Source: Candidatus Eiseniibacteriota bacterium (GTDB lineage Bacteria > Eisenbacteria > RBG-16-71-46 > CAIMUX01 > VGJL01). Taken from it: a stretch of 64,000 bases of DNA. This document shows, in pieces, positions 41,578 to 51,671 of the stretch; position 1 is the first letter of the stretch, and every line of letters begins with the position of its first letter. The notes under the pieces are model-generated. The model did not search any database. It saw only the letters and a program-made list of their open reading frames with translations, and had not been told where the DNA came from. The position numbers were made by a program, and so were the translations under genes. Location of the stretch: contig CAWBWI010000001.1 in the NCBI GenBank assembly GCA_963792585.1, positions 1,824,001-1,888,000 of the forward strand. Direction: 5' to 3'.

Positions 41578-42132
41578 CTAGCGGTTCAGGGACTTGATGC
41601 GTCCCCAGGTCCGCCGGATGACCGGGGCGTCGTCCGACACGTCGGCGGGGTTCTGAACGACGTGGATCGTCACGTTCACGCCGCTCTCGATGTGGCCGCT
41701 GCCGTTGTTGTTGCCGAACCATGCGGCCTGCCAGACATAGTCGCCCGGCGTCGCGGGCGCGGTTGCATGGAGCTGAACGGGGAATTCCACCGGATTGCCC
41801 GCGTTGTCATCTCCCTGCCCGGTCGGGCCGGTCGCGCGGGTTAGCTCCTGGTGGCTGGCGTCGTAGAGGATCGCGCGGATCCACCCGCCTTCCGTCCCGC
41901 CGGTGAGCGTGACCACGACTGGAGCGCCCGGATTGTAGCTGGCGTGATCCGCAGATGCCCCCAGCGTGGCCCTGTGGTTATGACAGCCATCGCAGGTCGG
42001 GGCATCGTTGCTGTGACATGAAACGCAGTAGGTGTTGAACCTGCTCGGAAAGGAGGATGCGGTTTGGGAGAAGGCGACGATGAGGAGCGCCGCCAGGCCG
42101 GCACAAACGAGGATGCGACGTACATGTTGCAT
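41578..42132 (-). CDS. Small secreted protein with two CxxCH motifs, a beta-sandwich-like domain and a C-terminal TWG motif
   Basis: Signal peptide, CVSCH and CDGCH, ends TWGRIKSLNR. Confidence 0.7.
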   Translation of the reverse strand: MQHVRRILVCAGLAALLIVAFSQTASSFPSRFNTYCVSCHSNDAPTCDGCHNHRATLGASADHASYNPGAPVVVTLTGGTEGGWIRAILYDASHQELTRATGPTGQGDDNAGNPVEFPVQLHATAPATPGDYVWQAAWFGNNNGSGHIESGVNVTIHVVQNPADVSDDAPVIRRTWGRIKSLNR

Positions 42133-42384
42133 GAGATGGATCCTTCCAATGCCCCTACGTGTGTGTGACGGAGGTGACCGACTACTCATAGCTGTTGTCG
42201 TCGGCCGCCAACATAATACGATAAACAACTGCACGCGTCAGATTAGTATTTGTTATAGATAAATCCACATGCCCGAACGGGCGATTCGCCGCTTATTCGT
42301 TGTGAATCAATGAGAACCGGTGGAATGAGAGCACTCGTTCAGCGTGCGGATGGAGGAAGCTCTTCCGGTCTACGGAGGCGACTC

Positions 42385-43053
42385 CTATGCCCCACCTTCG
42401 AGCAGGAGGGCGGCAAGTTCGCGTGGCTCGGCGAGGAGTGCGTCCGCGCCCAAGAGTTCCTCGGCGGAACCGTATCCATAGAGACAGCCCACGAACCGGG
42501 CGCCGATCGCCCGCGCAGCCTCGAGATCGGCCGCGCGGTCCCCCACGAAGACGACCGGCGCAGGCCCGAGTTCGGCGAGCGCCCTGCGTGCCATCTCGGT
42601 CTTGGAGGTCATCCCGTCCAGTCCATGGTGGAAGATCAGATCGAAGAGTCGCGCGTAGTCCAGCTTCTCGGCCATGGCGTTGATGTAGCGTCTGCCCCCG
42701 TGACTGGCGAGGACGAGGCGGTCGCCGCGCGCGCGAAGGGCTTCGAGCATCCCATCGAGGCCGGGATAGAAGCGCGCCCGCGCGAGGACTTCCGCCACCT
42801 CTTCGTCGAGACAGTGGCTGCGCAGGTCGGCGGCCCGATGCTGGTCCTTCTCCGGCAGGAGCCGGCGGTAGAACTCATCACCGGGCTGGCCGGTCAGATC
42901 GCGGATCCGCTGGTCGCTCGGCACCGGGGCGTCGATCCCGTGCTCGGCGACATAGCGCGCGAACGCCCGCTGGATTGCCGGATTCGCGACCTCGTGTGAG
43001 GGGACCAGGGTGCCGTCGTTGTCGAAGATCAGGATGCGATTCGTTTCGGGCAC
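42385..43053 (-). CDS. HAD-superfamily hydrolase (phosphoglycolate phosphatase-like)
   Basis: IFDNDGTL motif I and FVGDRAADLEAA motif IV. Confidence 0.88.
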   Translation of the reverse strand: MPETNRILIFDNDGTLVPSHEVANPAIQRAFARYVAEHGIDAPVPSDQRIRDLTGQPGDEFYRRLLPEKDQHRAADLRSHCLDEEVAEVLARARFYPGLDGMLEALRARGDRLVLASHGGRRYINAMAEKLDYARLFDLIFHHGLDGMTSKTEMARRALAELGPAPVVFVGDRAADLEAARAIGARFVGCLYGYGSAEELLGADALLAEPRELAALLLEGGA

Positions 43054-43067
43054 GCTTTCGAAGCCTC

Positions 43068-44219
43068 CTAGGGACCGCGCCGGATACGTCCCCGCGCGAC
43101 CAATCGGTAGAGCGGCACATCCCACCGCGCGGGCAGGAAGCACTCCGTGATCCCCACGACGCCGTCCATCGCCGGGTCGGCGCACGAGAGCCGGCTCAGG
43201 GAGCGCACATTGAAGGGGCCGCGATCGATGTCACGGACCACGTTCGCCGTCCACGATTCGCCGCCCCCCTCGCCGCGGACCTCGAGAGGGTGGGGCATTC
43301 CCCATCGATTGCGCCGGACATGCCCCGGCTCGATATGCGAACCCTCGATCAACTGTCCGCCCGACCGATCGCTCCGGTAGAGGAACTCGCGCGCGGTCTG
43401 CGGCGCCGTGGGCAAGGCTTCGTTCGGATCGAGCGGCGCGTCCGCGGGATCGAGACGGAAGTAGGCGATCGTGCGCTCACTTCCCTGGAAGCGACCCCAG
43501 ATCCAGCGGCCGATGTGCTGACTCACCGGCAAGCGGCCGACGTTGCGATCCACGTATCCGAGGGCTTGCAGCTGCAGACTGCGTGTGCGGCCGAGCGGGT
43601 CGCTCCACTGGATCTTCCCCGTCACTTCCGTCCGCGCGGCTACGATCTGCCACTCGTGGGGCACCTCCATCCCCTTCGAACCTTCCGTGGCGAGGGGGAT
43701 GATGCCGCTGCCGGGGGTGAGGGAGCGCACCTTGAGGCTGCCCTCGACCGCCCGCCGAAGGTACTTCGAGCGATCCGAGAACTCGATCTGGAAGGAACCG
43801 TCGCGATCTCTCGTGACCCGGTTCTCACCCACACCGAGGGTCGCGCCGGGCGCCGGCAGTTCTTCTCCTAACCCGGGCGCCCCCGCGTGCAGGTTCGGGA
43901 ACCAGAGATCCGAACCGCCCCGAACGAGCGAGGCCTCGACGATGACATAGGCTTCGGTGCGCCCCCGGTCGTAGAGGGCGAGGCCGAACGCGCCATAGTT
44001 GGTCGGATCGGCAAGATCAGGCCCCTCATCGGGCTGTTTCCACCCGGCATCGCGGAGCTCCAGCACTTCGTCGTAGTAGCGCGGCGAGAAGAGAAAACCG
44101 GAATGCCATGTCGCGACCAGGACGTAGCGGCCGTCCAGGCTGATCGCGTCGAAGTAGTACCAGCCGTACCCCCCGGGCAGAGGGTGCGTCCGGACATCGG
44201 AAACAGAGCGTTCCGCCAT
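43068..44219 (-). CDS. CrtC-like (carotenoid 1,2-hydratase/lipocalin-like fold) protein
   Basis: PGGYGWYYFDAISLDG...FSPRY, GYVDRNVG, WIWGR and GPF motifs resemble CrtC. Confidence 0.55.
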   Translation of the reverse strand: MAERSVSDVRTHPLPGGYGWYYFDAISLDGRYVLVATWHSGFLFSPRYYDEVLELRDAGWKQPDEGPDLADPTNYGAFGLALYDRGRTEAYVIVEASLVRGGSDLWFPNLHAGAPGLGEELPAPGATLGVGENRVTRDRDGSFQIEFSDRSKYLRRAVEGSLKVRSLTPGSGIIPLATEGSKGMEVPHEWQIVAARTEVTGKIQWSDPLGRTRSLQLQALGYVDRNVGRLPVSQHIGRWIWGRFQGSERTIAYFRLDPADAPLDPNEALPTAPQTAREFLYRSDRSGGQLIEGSHIEPGHVRRNRWGMPHPLEVRGEGGGESWTANVVRDIDRGPFNVRSLSRLSCADPAMDGVVGITECFLPARWDVPLYRLVARGRIRRGP

Positions 44220-44413
44220 CGGACCTCCCGAGCCCACCGGCCGAGCCGGTGCAAAATCCGACCCCCCCGGATCAAGGTTCTGATCTTAGAGCCTCCGGGC
44301 TGAACGCGCCTCCCTTCTTTCCTTCCGCGCCAGGATCGTCTAACCTGCGCCTGCGACGGCCTAAAGGGGGCCGGCGCCAACGGAGACGGGCCTTCAAGGA
44401 GATGCAGGTACCG

Positions 44414-45766
44414 ATGTCACGAACGGATCGCTTCGTCGGAAGCATGGTTGGCTTGGCAGTCGGGGACGCTCTCGGCTACCCGGTGGAAGGTTGGACCCAC
44501 GAGCAGATCGAATCGCTCTACGGTCGGATCACCGATTACGTGGACTCCCCGCTCGATCCTCCGGAGAAGTGGCGAATGCCGGGTCTTCATTCCGACGACA
44601 CCCAACAGGCCCTCGCGCTCGCGGACGTGATGATCATGGTCGGCCGCGCCGATCCCGACGCACTCTGTCAGAAGTTCATGGAGATGGCAGAGGGACCGCC
44701 GCATCTCTCTCTCGGCGCCCATCGCGGCGCCGGAAGGAACTTTCGCTATACGATCCAGGCGCTCGGCGGCGGCGCGGGGTGGAATCAGGGATCGCGGCAC
44801 ACGGCTGGAGTGGGTGCGAGCATGCGGGTCGCCCCGGTCGGGCTCGCCCTCGGAATCGACGACGCGGCCGTGCGAAACAATGCCGCGATCCAAGCGCTCG
44901 TCACGCACAACGACCCGCGCGCCGTCGCCGCCGCGTTTCTGGTTGCCAATGCCGTGGGACGGCTTGCGTGGATGCCGCCAAGCCCCTTCCAGCCCGAGGC
45001 CTTTCTGAAGGAATCGATCCACTTCGTTCGCCGCTCCGAGGAATGGCTGATCGAGGCGCACGGACGTCATCTCGCGCGCGAGAGCCGGCCGCTCCTGCAC
45101 CACATGAGCGACGCGCTGATCGGAATCGTCGATCAGCTCGACAAGGCGCCGGCCGCCGTACTGCCCGGGATCGCGGAGCGCGCTTCCGCGCTCGCCGGCT
45201 ACACGATCGAGCATCCCTGCCGCGGATTCGCGCCCGCGGGCGTCGTCTCGGCCTTCTACTTCTACCTTCACTTCCGCGGTGAGTACGAGGCCGCGGTGAC
45301 CGAGGCGGTGAATTGGGGCGGGGACACCGACACCGTCTGCGCAATACTGGGAGCGATCTGTGGGGCACATCACGGTGTGGAGGCGATTCCCGCGCGCTGG
45401 CGAGAGCGACTTCTCGGTCTGAACCTCGTCGTCTCGCGCGCGAAGGCCCTCGCAGGTGACCGCTCCGCGTACGACACGATGCCTGACCTGGGCGCAGTCG
45501 AACTGCACTGGACGATGGAAGAGGACCGGATCCGCCGCGAGAAAACCGGACAACCGCCCGTCGACACGACCGACTACGTGCGCAAGGTCGTCGTGCGGCA
45601 GATTCCGCCGCGCGAGCGCGATGACGAGGGAGACCCAAGGCGCATCACCGTCCGCTCGGGCGACGACGGCTACGGTGAGCGTGGCCCCGAGGGGGATCGC
45701 GGTGGGCGGGGCCCGTCGAGCCATCGGCATCAGGAGCGGAGGGGCGGGAGGGGGAGGCGGAGGTAG
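44414..45766 (+). CDS. ADP-ribosylglycohydrolase family protein
   Basis: GLAVGDALG, SDDTQ, MRVAP, VTH and GGDTDT motifs. Confidence 0.92.
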   Translation: MSRTDRFVGSMVGLAVGDALGYPVEGWTHEQIESLYGRITDYVDSPLDPPEKWRMPGLHSDDTQQALALADVMIMVGRADPDALCQKFMEMAEGPPHLSLGAHRGAGRNFRYTIQALGGGAGWNQGSRHTAGVGASMRVAPVGLALGIDDAAVRNNAAIQALVTHNDPRAVAAAFLVANAVGRLAWMPPSPFQPEAFLKESIHFVRRSEEWLIEAHGRHLARESRPLLHHMSDALIGIVDQLDKAPAAVLPGIAERASALAGYTIEHPCRGFAPAGVVSAFYFYLHFRGEYEAAVTEAVNWGGDTDTVCAILGAICGAHHGVEAIPARWRERLLGLNLVVSRAKALAGDRSAYDTMPDLGAVELHWTMEEDRIRREKTGQPPVDTTDYVRKVVVRQIPPRERDDEGDPRRITVRSGDDGYGERGPEGDRGGRGPSSHRHQERRGGRGRRR

Positions 45767-45909
45767 CGTCGCCGTCGGCCGGCAGGCCCGTCATCCTGCG
45801 CGGCTCCTGTTTTGCCCGTTCCGTCCGAGAACTCGATCGCGGGTGCTCATCCCCCTACGCCGCCTCCCTGTAGGAGTACTTCAGGAGCCCGCCGAGGCGA
45901 TCTCTCACC

Positions 45910-46163
45910 TGTGCCTCCTGAGAACCCCATCCAGACAACGAACCGCCGACGAGCCACCCATCCGTTCGCTGGATCTCGCGCACTTGATGATAGTCGAGAT
46001 GAGCCCGGGGTCCCGGAGTTGATTCCGGATGGCCAAAGTCCCATTGGCTCTGGAACGCCGAGATGAGGGTGCGTATCAGTCTGAGAGGCATGACGGTGAG
46101 CCTACCGCTGGCTGGACGGTGACCTCAACTCGAGCAACGCGGATGAGGCCTGTGGAATGGACA
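45910..46163 (-). mobile_element. Internally deleted (MITE-like) derivative of the IS family at 54802-56070
   Basis: Both ends present (tgtgcctcctgagaaccccatcc ... ggatgaggcctgtggaatggaca) plus the first codons MPLRLIRTLISAF, versus transposase MLLTIFRTLISAF. Confidence 0.8.
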
Positions 46164-46393
46164 GGGACCGGCGATGTCCGGCGCTTAGGCGCGTTCGGGA
46201 GAAACGTGTAGGATCACCGAGCGAAGACTTCCGGTGAGGTTGAGTGGTCCGCGAGCCACGGGGCGAACCGGTGGGTGCCTCGGGCGTGAGCCCGCCCCGT
46301 TGGCGGATGACCGGTCCTCCGCCAGGAGAAAGGGGTGACGGGCCGCCGGCCGAACGTAGGAAACGCATCCTTGGACAGCGGCGGAGAAAGAGC

Positions 46394-47959
46394 ATGCGAG
46401 GATTGTTGGATTTGGGGTCGGTGATACGGTCCGCGCCCGAGTCGGTCGGGGGACCGAAATGGCTGCGCGCCCTGCTCTTCATCGCACCGGCCCTGGTCGC
46501 CCTCGGCGTCGCAATCCGGCACGGACCCTACCTGATCGACGATGCGTACATCACTTTTCGCTATGCCGAGAACCTGGCGGCCGGGCACGGCGTGGTCTTC
46601 AACCGGGGCGAGGCCGTGCTCGGCACGAGCACACCTTTGATGACTTTCGTGCTAGGGCTATTCAAGCTCCTGGGGGTGAGCGTGCCGCTTGCGGCGCGCT
46701 GGCTGGGGATCCTCTCAGCGGCGGGTGTCGTGTTGCTGGTGGAGTCGCTGGCCCTGCCCTCGATGGGTCCCTTCGGGGCAGCGGCCGTAGGTATATGCCT
46801 TGCGCTGCATCCGGACCTGGCATTCACCGCGAACTCCGGCATGGAGACGGGGCTGAGCATGGCGGCGGTGTACGGCGGGCTGCTGCTGACTTTGCGAGGG
46901 CGATTCGGTCTGGCCGGCCTGGTTGGCGGGGCCGCGTTTCTCCTGCGACCGGACGGGCTGCTGGTGATCTCCATCGCCTTCTGTATGGCAGCGCTTCGTT
47001 CTCCGCGAGGCGCCTGGCGCGTCGCGCTCGCGGCCGTCCTGGTCTCGCTCCCTTGGCTGATCACAGCGACCCTGAACTACGGAAGCATCGTGCCGCACTC
47101 CGTCATGGCCAAGCAGGCGATCCATCCGGCTTCGCCGCTCGGTGTCCTGGGCGAGAGCCTATTGCGGTTGTCCGTTGGGACCGAAATGCGAATCGCGTGC
47201 GTCCTGGCGCTGGCCGGGGTCTTCTTCGCCGCGCGGCGCAGGTCGGGATTGCTGCTTGTGGCGCTGTGGATGGCGATGTACCAGGCCGGCCTCATGGCCG
47301 CCCGCGTTCAATCCTACTTCCCCTGGTACCTGAGCCCGCTGTATCCCGGCATCCTGCTGCTGGCTGCATACGGCGTCCACAACCTCGCCGGCCTAGCGTG
47401 CCCGCCCAGGAGTGCGCGGGTCGGTCTTTGTCGAGCGGCCGCGCTGAGCTTGGCGCCGGTGGTGCTGCTGGCTCTGGGTGGCCTCGGGCTGTACGGGACC
47501 CGGAGTTGGAACGAGGGCACGTATCAGAGCGTGTTCGGGGATAGGGTCCAGACCTATCGTGCGACCGCGGACGCTTTGCGTAGTCGCTGCGCTCCCGGCG
47601 ACGTCGTCTTCGTTGGCGAGGTCGGGGCCCTGGCCTACGGCCTTCCCGAGCAGGTGATTCTCGACAGCTCGGGGATCAACTCGCCAGCCGTGCTTCGCGC
47701 GCGGATCGCCGATCGCGACCGGCTCCGGGCGGCGGGAGTGGCGGACCCCCTCGGGGAAGGTTCACCGGCTTGGGTGCGCGACGTCATAGGACGGTTTCGA
47801 CCCCGCTACATCGTCACGTGGGGACCGTGGTTGCACATTGCCACCATCATGCGCGATCCATCGATCATGCGTTCCTATCATCACCTCACGGAGCTGGAGC
47901 ACTCCAACTTCTACGTGCTCGAACGGACGGCGCAGCAAGGAGTCGGGCGCCCCGATTGA
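46394..47959 (+). CDS. Multi-pass membrane glycosyltransferase (GT-C-like)
   Basis: DDAYITFRYAENL, SGMET and LRPDG motifs with many TM helices. Confidence 0.75.
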   Translation: MRGLLDLGSVIRSAPESVGGPKWLRALLFIAPALVALGVAIRHGPYLIDDAYITFRYAENLAAGHGVVFNRGEAVLGTSTPLMTFVLGLFKLLGVSVPLAARWLGILSAAGVVLLVESLALPSMGPFGAAAVGICLALHPDLAFTANSGMETGLSMAAVYGGLLLTLRGRFGLAGLVGGAAFLLRPDGLLVISIAFCMAALRSPRGAWRVALAAVLVSLPWLITATLNYGSIVPHSVMAKQAIHPASPLGVLGESLLRLSVGTEMRIACVLALAGVFFAARRRSGLLLVALWMAMYQAGLMAARVQSYFPWYLSPLYPGILLLAAYGVHNLAGLACPPRSARVGLCRAAALSLAPVVLLALGGLGLYGTRSWNEGTYQSVFGDRVQTYRATADALRSRCAPGDVVFVGEVGALAYGLPEQVILDSSGINSPAVLRARIADRDRLRAAGVADPLGEGSPAWVRDVIGRFRPRYIVTWGPWLHIATIMRDPSIMRSYHHLTELEHSNFYVLERTAQQGVGRPD

Positions 47960-47964
47960 CCTAC

Positions 47965-48135
47965 TGTCCCTCCCGCAAACCCCATCCAGCAGGCGAACAG
48001 ACGCCGCGCCGCCCATCCCCCACCTTGATCTCGCGCACACAATGATAGTCGAGAGGAGTCCGGAGAGCCGTGGGCGAATTCGCTCGTGCGGACCAGCCAG
48101 ACAAGGCGACTGCGGACATCAAGTGGATGGATAGA
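47965..48135 (-). mobile_element. Solo downstream end of the same IS family
   Basis: tgtccctcccgcaaaccccatcc terminal repeat and gatctcgcgcac..tgatagtcgag core. Confidence 0.75.
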
Positions 48136-48353
48136 TCGCGAAGATCAGGCCGCCAGTCGAAAGGACCGGTGACGGAGCTCGCCAACCATCGGTTCTGAGC
48201 AGATCCCTCCGATGGCGGACGGCTCAACCTCCCGTCGAACTGGGCAGTCCTTCTCCAATCCGAGATGCGTGCGCGATCCAACCAAGGGGCGATCCCCACT
48301 CTTGGCAGAGAGAAGACCGCCCATCTGAGTCAGTGTTCTGTCCTAGCGTCGTT

Positions 48354-48720
48354 CTACCGCAGGACCACCCATCGTTTGCTGGCCCTTCCCGTCGAGGTCT
48401 CCAGGCGCATCCAGTAAGTGCCCGCTGCGAGAGGCCGCCCGCTGTCTTCAACCCAGGAGCCGACCGACCCGTCCAGCGTGTGCACTCCCGCGCGGCAGGC
48501 CCCCAGGCGCTGCACCGCCAGTTCGCGTCCGGCGGCGTCAAAGAGCCAGATCGTCACGTCCTCCTGCCGGGGAAGCGACCACGAGACGCTCAACGCATCC
48601 GTACTCGGGTTCGGACGTACCTGCAACTCCAGGGAGGGCGGAACTTCTGGACGCGGTGGTTGCGCTGGTCCACAACGTAGATGTCCCCGGCGCCATCGAT
48701 TGTGATTCCGCAGGCGTTCC
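48354..48720 (-). pseudogene. Remnant of an NHL-repeat protein with a FlgD-Ig/T9SS-like C-terminal domain
   Basis: One NHL blade (GITIDGAGDIYVVDQRNHRVQKF) out of frame with VRPNP...FDAAGR...GTYWMRL. No 5' part visible. Confidence 0.65.
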
Positions 48721-48746
48721 TGTACACGCACCGTCTCAGCGGCAGT

Positions 48747-49457
48747 TCAATCGTGCTCTCGTACGCGCCGCGGGGACTGGGGCCGTAGATTACGACCACC
48801 AGCAGAAGGGGCCGTGCGGCCCCGTCTTCTGTTGATGATCCACTCCGCGACGATCATGTTGATCACCCAGCCGGCTGCCATCATTATGCCGCGGCCCGTC
48901 TCACCCGGCTTGCCGACCAGGAGGAAGAAGGGCAGGTGGGTCAGCACTTGTGTGCCGGCGCCCAGCCCAATCGCATACGCACGAGTCATCCACTCGCCGT
49001 GCGTCGCGAATTCGCGACGCCCGATCGCGACGACGGCAAGCACGAGCGACACGACCATGGCTCCTCCGAAGACGAGCCGCTCCACGTAAACGGCCACGCC
49101 ATCCCCTGCGGGCCACGGATAGAAGTGCGCCATCCACAGCCCCGTCAGCGCGGCCACCATTCCCAAACCGACGAGCGCCTTGCCGGCCGCACGGTGCCAC
49201 GCCCGGTGGCGACGCCGAAACGCCGGCGCGAACTGGAACGCGCCGAAAATGCAGTAGGGGATGACCGCGAGCACGTGCAGCACCACAGGGAGGGGCGATC
49301 CGAAGAACCGCGCGTTGGCGCTGGTGACCTCGGCGCCGGTAGCAAGCTCCGCGAGGCGGGCCGTGCCGGCGATCACCGGCACGAGACTCAACAGGATCAG
49401 CAGAGCAGGGATCATCCATTCCGACCGGCGCGAGACCGCCAGGATTCCCGTGCTCAT
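48747..49457 (-). CDS. DUF2306-family membrane protein
   Basis: LH...GAFQF...HRAAGK and HGEWMTRAYAIGLGAGTQV motifs. Confidence 0.8.
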   Translation of the reverse strand: MSTGILAVSRRSEWMIPALLILLSLVPVIAGTARLAELATGAEVTSANARFFGSPLPVVLHVLAVIPYCIFGAFQFAPAFRRRHRAWHRAAGKALVGLGMVAALTGLWMAHFYPWPAGDGVAVYVERLVFGGAMVVSLVLAVVAIGRREFATHGEWMTRAYAIGLGAGTQVLTHLPFFLLVGKPGETGRGIMMAAGWVINMIVAEWIINRRRGRTAPSAGGRNLRPQSPRRVREHD

Positions 49458-50110
49458 CGCGACACCAACCGCAGGCCGGCCATCAGCGCCACTTCGCTGC
49501 GCGTCTCCGAGCCGCCCCTGCCCGAGAGCGGCTTGAAGCGGGTCATGTAGTTGCGCGCTTCGAGCTTCAACCGGACGCGGCCACCGCCCAGTTCCCCGCC
49601 GACGCTGGCGTAGGCCGCTGGGACGTGCGTGACCGCTAGGTCCACGTGGCGGTGGTTGTAGGAGCGCGCTCCGGCGCCGACGCCGGCGAAGGGGCGGAAC
49701 GCGATTGCCCTGCCCGCATGCAACCCTCGCGCACGCGCCTCGGCGCCGATGTCGTACGAGAACAGGTCGAGGGCGGGATTGCCAGCGAGAGTCAGATCGC
49801 GGCTGCGGGCCCAACCCATCGTCGCGGTGACGGCCATCGCCGGGTGAACGATGTACGACAGCTGAACGGTGCTCAACGCTCCACTCGAGATAGCCCTGCG
49901 CTGCTCACCGGCGGGAAGGGCGGCTCCGGAGGACATCAGGAATTCCCAGCGAGCGGTCGGTTCGGCCGGGACCTGCGCGCTCGCCGGCAGGATCGCTGCG
50001 GAAAGCAAGGTGATCGAGGCAATGACCGCGACAGCGAGCGAGCCGGAACTCGCGGTGAGATTGCGAACATTGCGAGGAACGGTTGACGAGTAGCTGAGGG
50101 TGAGTGACAT
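49454..50110 (-). CDS. Outer-membrane beta-barrel-like protein
   Basis: Signal peptide, amphipathic strands, PFAGVGAG and a terminal MAGLRL strand. Confidence 0.6.
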   Translation of the reverse strand: MSLTLSYSSTVPRNVRNLTASSGSLAVAVIASITLLSAAILPASAQVPAEPTARWEFLMSSGAALPAGEQRRAISSGALSTVQLSYIVHPAMAVTATMGWARSRDLTLAGNPALDLFSYDIGAEARARGLHAGRAIAFRPFAGVGAGARSYNHRHVDLAVTHVPAAYASVGGELGGGRVRLKLEARNYMTRFKPLSGRGGSETRSEVALMAGLRLVSR

Positions 50111-50166
50111 GGTTGCGAACCTCCTTGTGTGGATTGGGAGTTTGTTTCTTCGTTGTCGAAGGGAGA

Positions 50167-51576
50167 TCAGCTGCTTCCGGGTGGCCGGACCGTCCGCGTT
50201 GACGAGATCGAGATGGCGAGTGCGACGGCCATGAGTCCTGCTGCGGCCGCGAACGTGGTTCGCATGCCTGCCGCGATTGCGGCGGGCGCCGCAGTTGAGA
50301 TGCCGTCCGTTCCGGTGCCGAGCGCGAACACCGCGCCCATGACGGATGCGCCGGTGATCAGCCCGAGGTTGCGTGACAGGTTGACGAGGCTGGAGAGGGT
50401 CCCCCGACGATCGGGGTGGACTCCGGACATGACGGCTGTGTTGTTCGCGGTCTGGAACAACGCGTAACCGGCAGTAACGACCGCAATGGGGAGCACGTAG
50501 CCGAGCGCGCCGAACCGGACCGGCAGTAGCGACAGCGCAACCGCGCCGATGGAGATGGTGAGGAGCCCCGCGCGAGCCGTGGGGCGCGCGCCGTAGCGGT
50601 CCGCCAGGAGGCCGGCCGGCACGCCGGCCAGTGCAACCACCAACGGACCGACCGACAGCAGGAATCCGACCAGCGTGGGAGGAAGCGCGAGTGCGCGAGA
50701 GAGGTAGAAGGGCCCGACGACGAGTGTGGACATCATCACAGTCGAGACGAGTGCGCCGGCGGCGAGGCTCGTGCTCAGGAAGCGGTCGCGAACCACTTCC
50801 GGCCGAATCAGTGGCGCCGCCACTCTCGACTCTACGAACAGGAACAGGGCTGCCCCCGTCGCCGCGGCGAGAAGCAGGCCGAGTGGTAGCGGGCCGAAGC
50901 CGCCGTGCTCGAGGGTCATGGCGAGCGCGTATAAGGCAAGTGTGCCGGCCAGCAGCAGGGTGCCGAGTGGGTCGAGCCCCGCCCGCACGCTCATCGGCGG
51001 CCGCCCGCCCTCGGGGAGGTAACGAAGAGCGAACAGCAGGCTGAGCAGGCCGACTGGCACGTTGACGAGGAAGAGCCAGCGCCAGCCGGGTCCGGCCATC
51101 AGCAGCCCGCCGAGCGACGGGCCGAACGCGGTGCCGATGGCGGACATGGTGCCGAGAAGCCCCATGGCGCTGCCGGTTCGCTCTCGCGAGATGGTCTCCC
51201 CGACGAAGGCCAGGCTCATCGCCATCATGGCCGCGGCGCCGAGTCCTTGCGCCGCTCGCGCGGCCAGCAGTACTCCCAGCCCCGGAGCGGCGCCGCACAC
51301 CAGCGAAGCCAAGGTGAAGAGCGAGATGCCCGCCGCCAACAGCCGGCGGCGTCCGATAAGGTCGCCCAGCCGCCCCGCGCTCACGATGAACGTCGTGATG
51401 GCGAGGAGGTAGGCAAGCACGATCCACTGCACGGCCCGGAAAGGGGCCGAGAAATCATCCGCCAGGACCGGAAGGGCGGTGTTGGTGATGCTGGTGTCCA
51501 GCGACGCCATCAGCATGGGCAGTGAGAGCGCGACCAGCGCCCCGCGGATGCCTTTCGTGCTCGTGTTGGTTGCCAT
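50167..51576 (-). CDS. MFS drug:H+ antiporter (DHA2-like)
   Basis: LDTSITNTALP, GRLGDLIGRR, GPSLGG and WRWLFLVNVP motifs. Confidence 0.92.
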   Translation of the reverse strand: MATNTSTKGIRGALVALSLPMLMASLDTSITNTALPVLADDFSAPFRAVQWIVLAYLLAITTFIVSAGRLGDLIGRRRLLAAGISLFTLASLVCGAAPGLGVLLAARAAQGLGAAAMMAMSLAFVGETISRERTGSAMGLLGTMSAIGTAFGPSLGGLLMAGPGWRWLFLVNVPVGLLSLLFALRYLPEGGRPPMSVRAGLDPLGTLLLAGTLALYALAMTLEHGGFGPLPLGLLLAAATGAALFLFVESRVAAPLIRPEVVRDRFLSTSLAAGALVSTVMMSTLVVGPFYLSRALALPPTLVGFLLSVGPLVVALAGVPAGLLADRYGARPTARAGLLTISIGAVALSLLPVRFGALGYVLPIAVVTAGYALFQTANNTAVMSGVHPDRRGTLSSLVNLSRNLGLITGASVMGAVFALGTGTDGISTAAPAAIAAGMRTTFAAAAGLMAVALAISISSTRTVRPPGSS

Positions 51577-51671
51577 GAGGGCAGCCTAGGGCGAGCCTGT
51601 GGCATGGCGGAAGACGCAGCGGTTGCACTGTATTCGTGCGCCTGACGCCATGCATGTGCTAGCATCGCGTC

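Noticed and set aside
49454..51427. 657-aa ORF
   Set aside because: The first two-thirds is an off-frame overlap of the MFS gene. Only 49454-50110, with its own ribosome-binding site and signal peptide, is credible.
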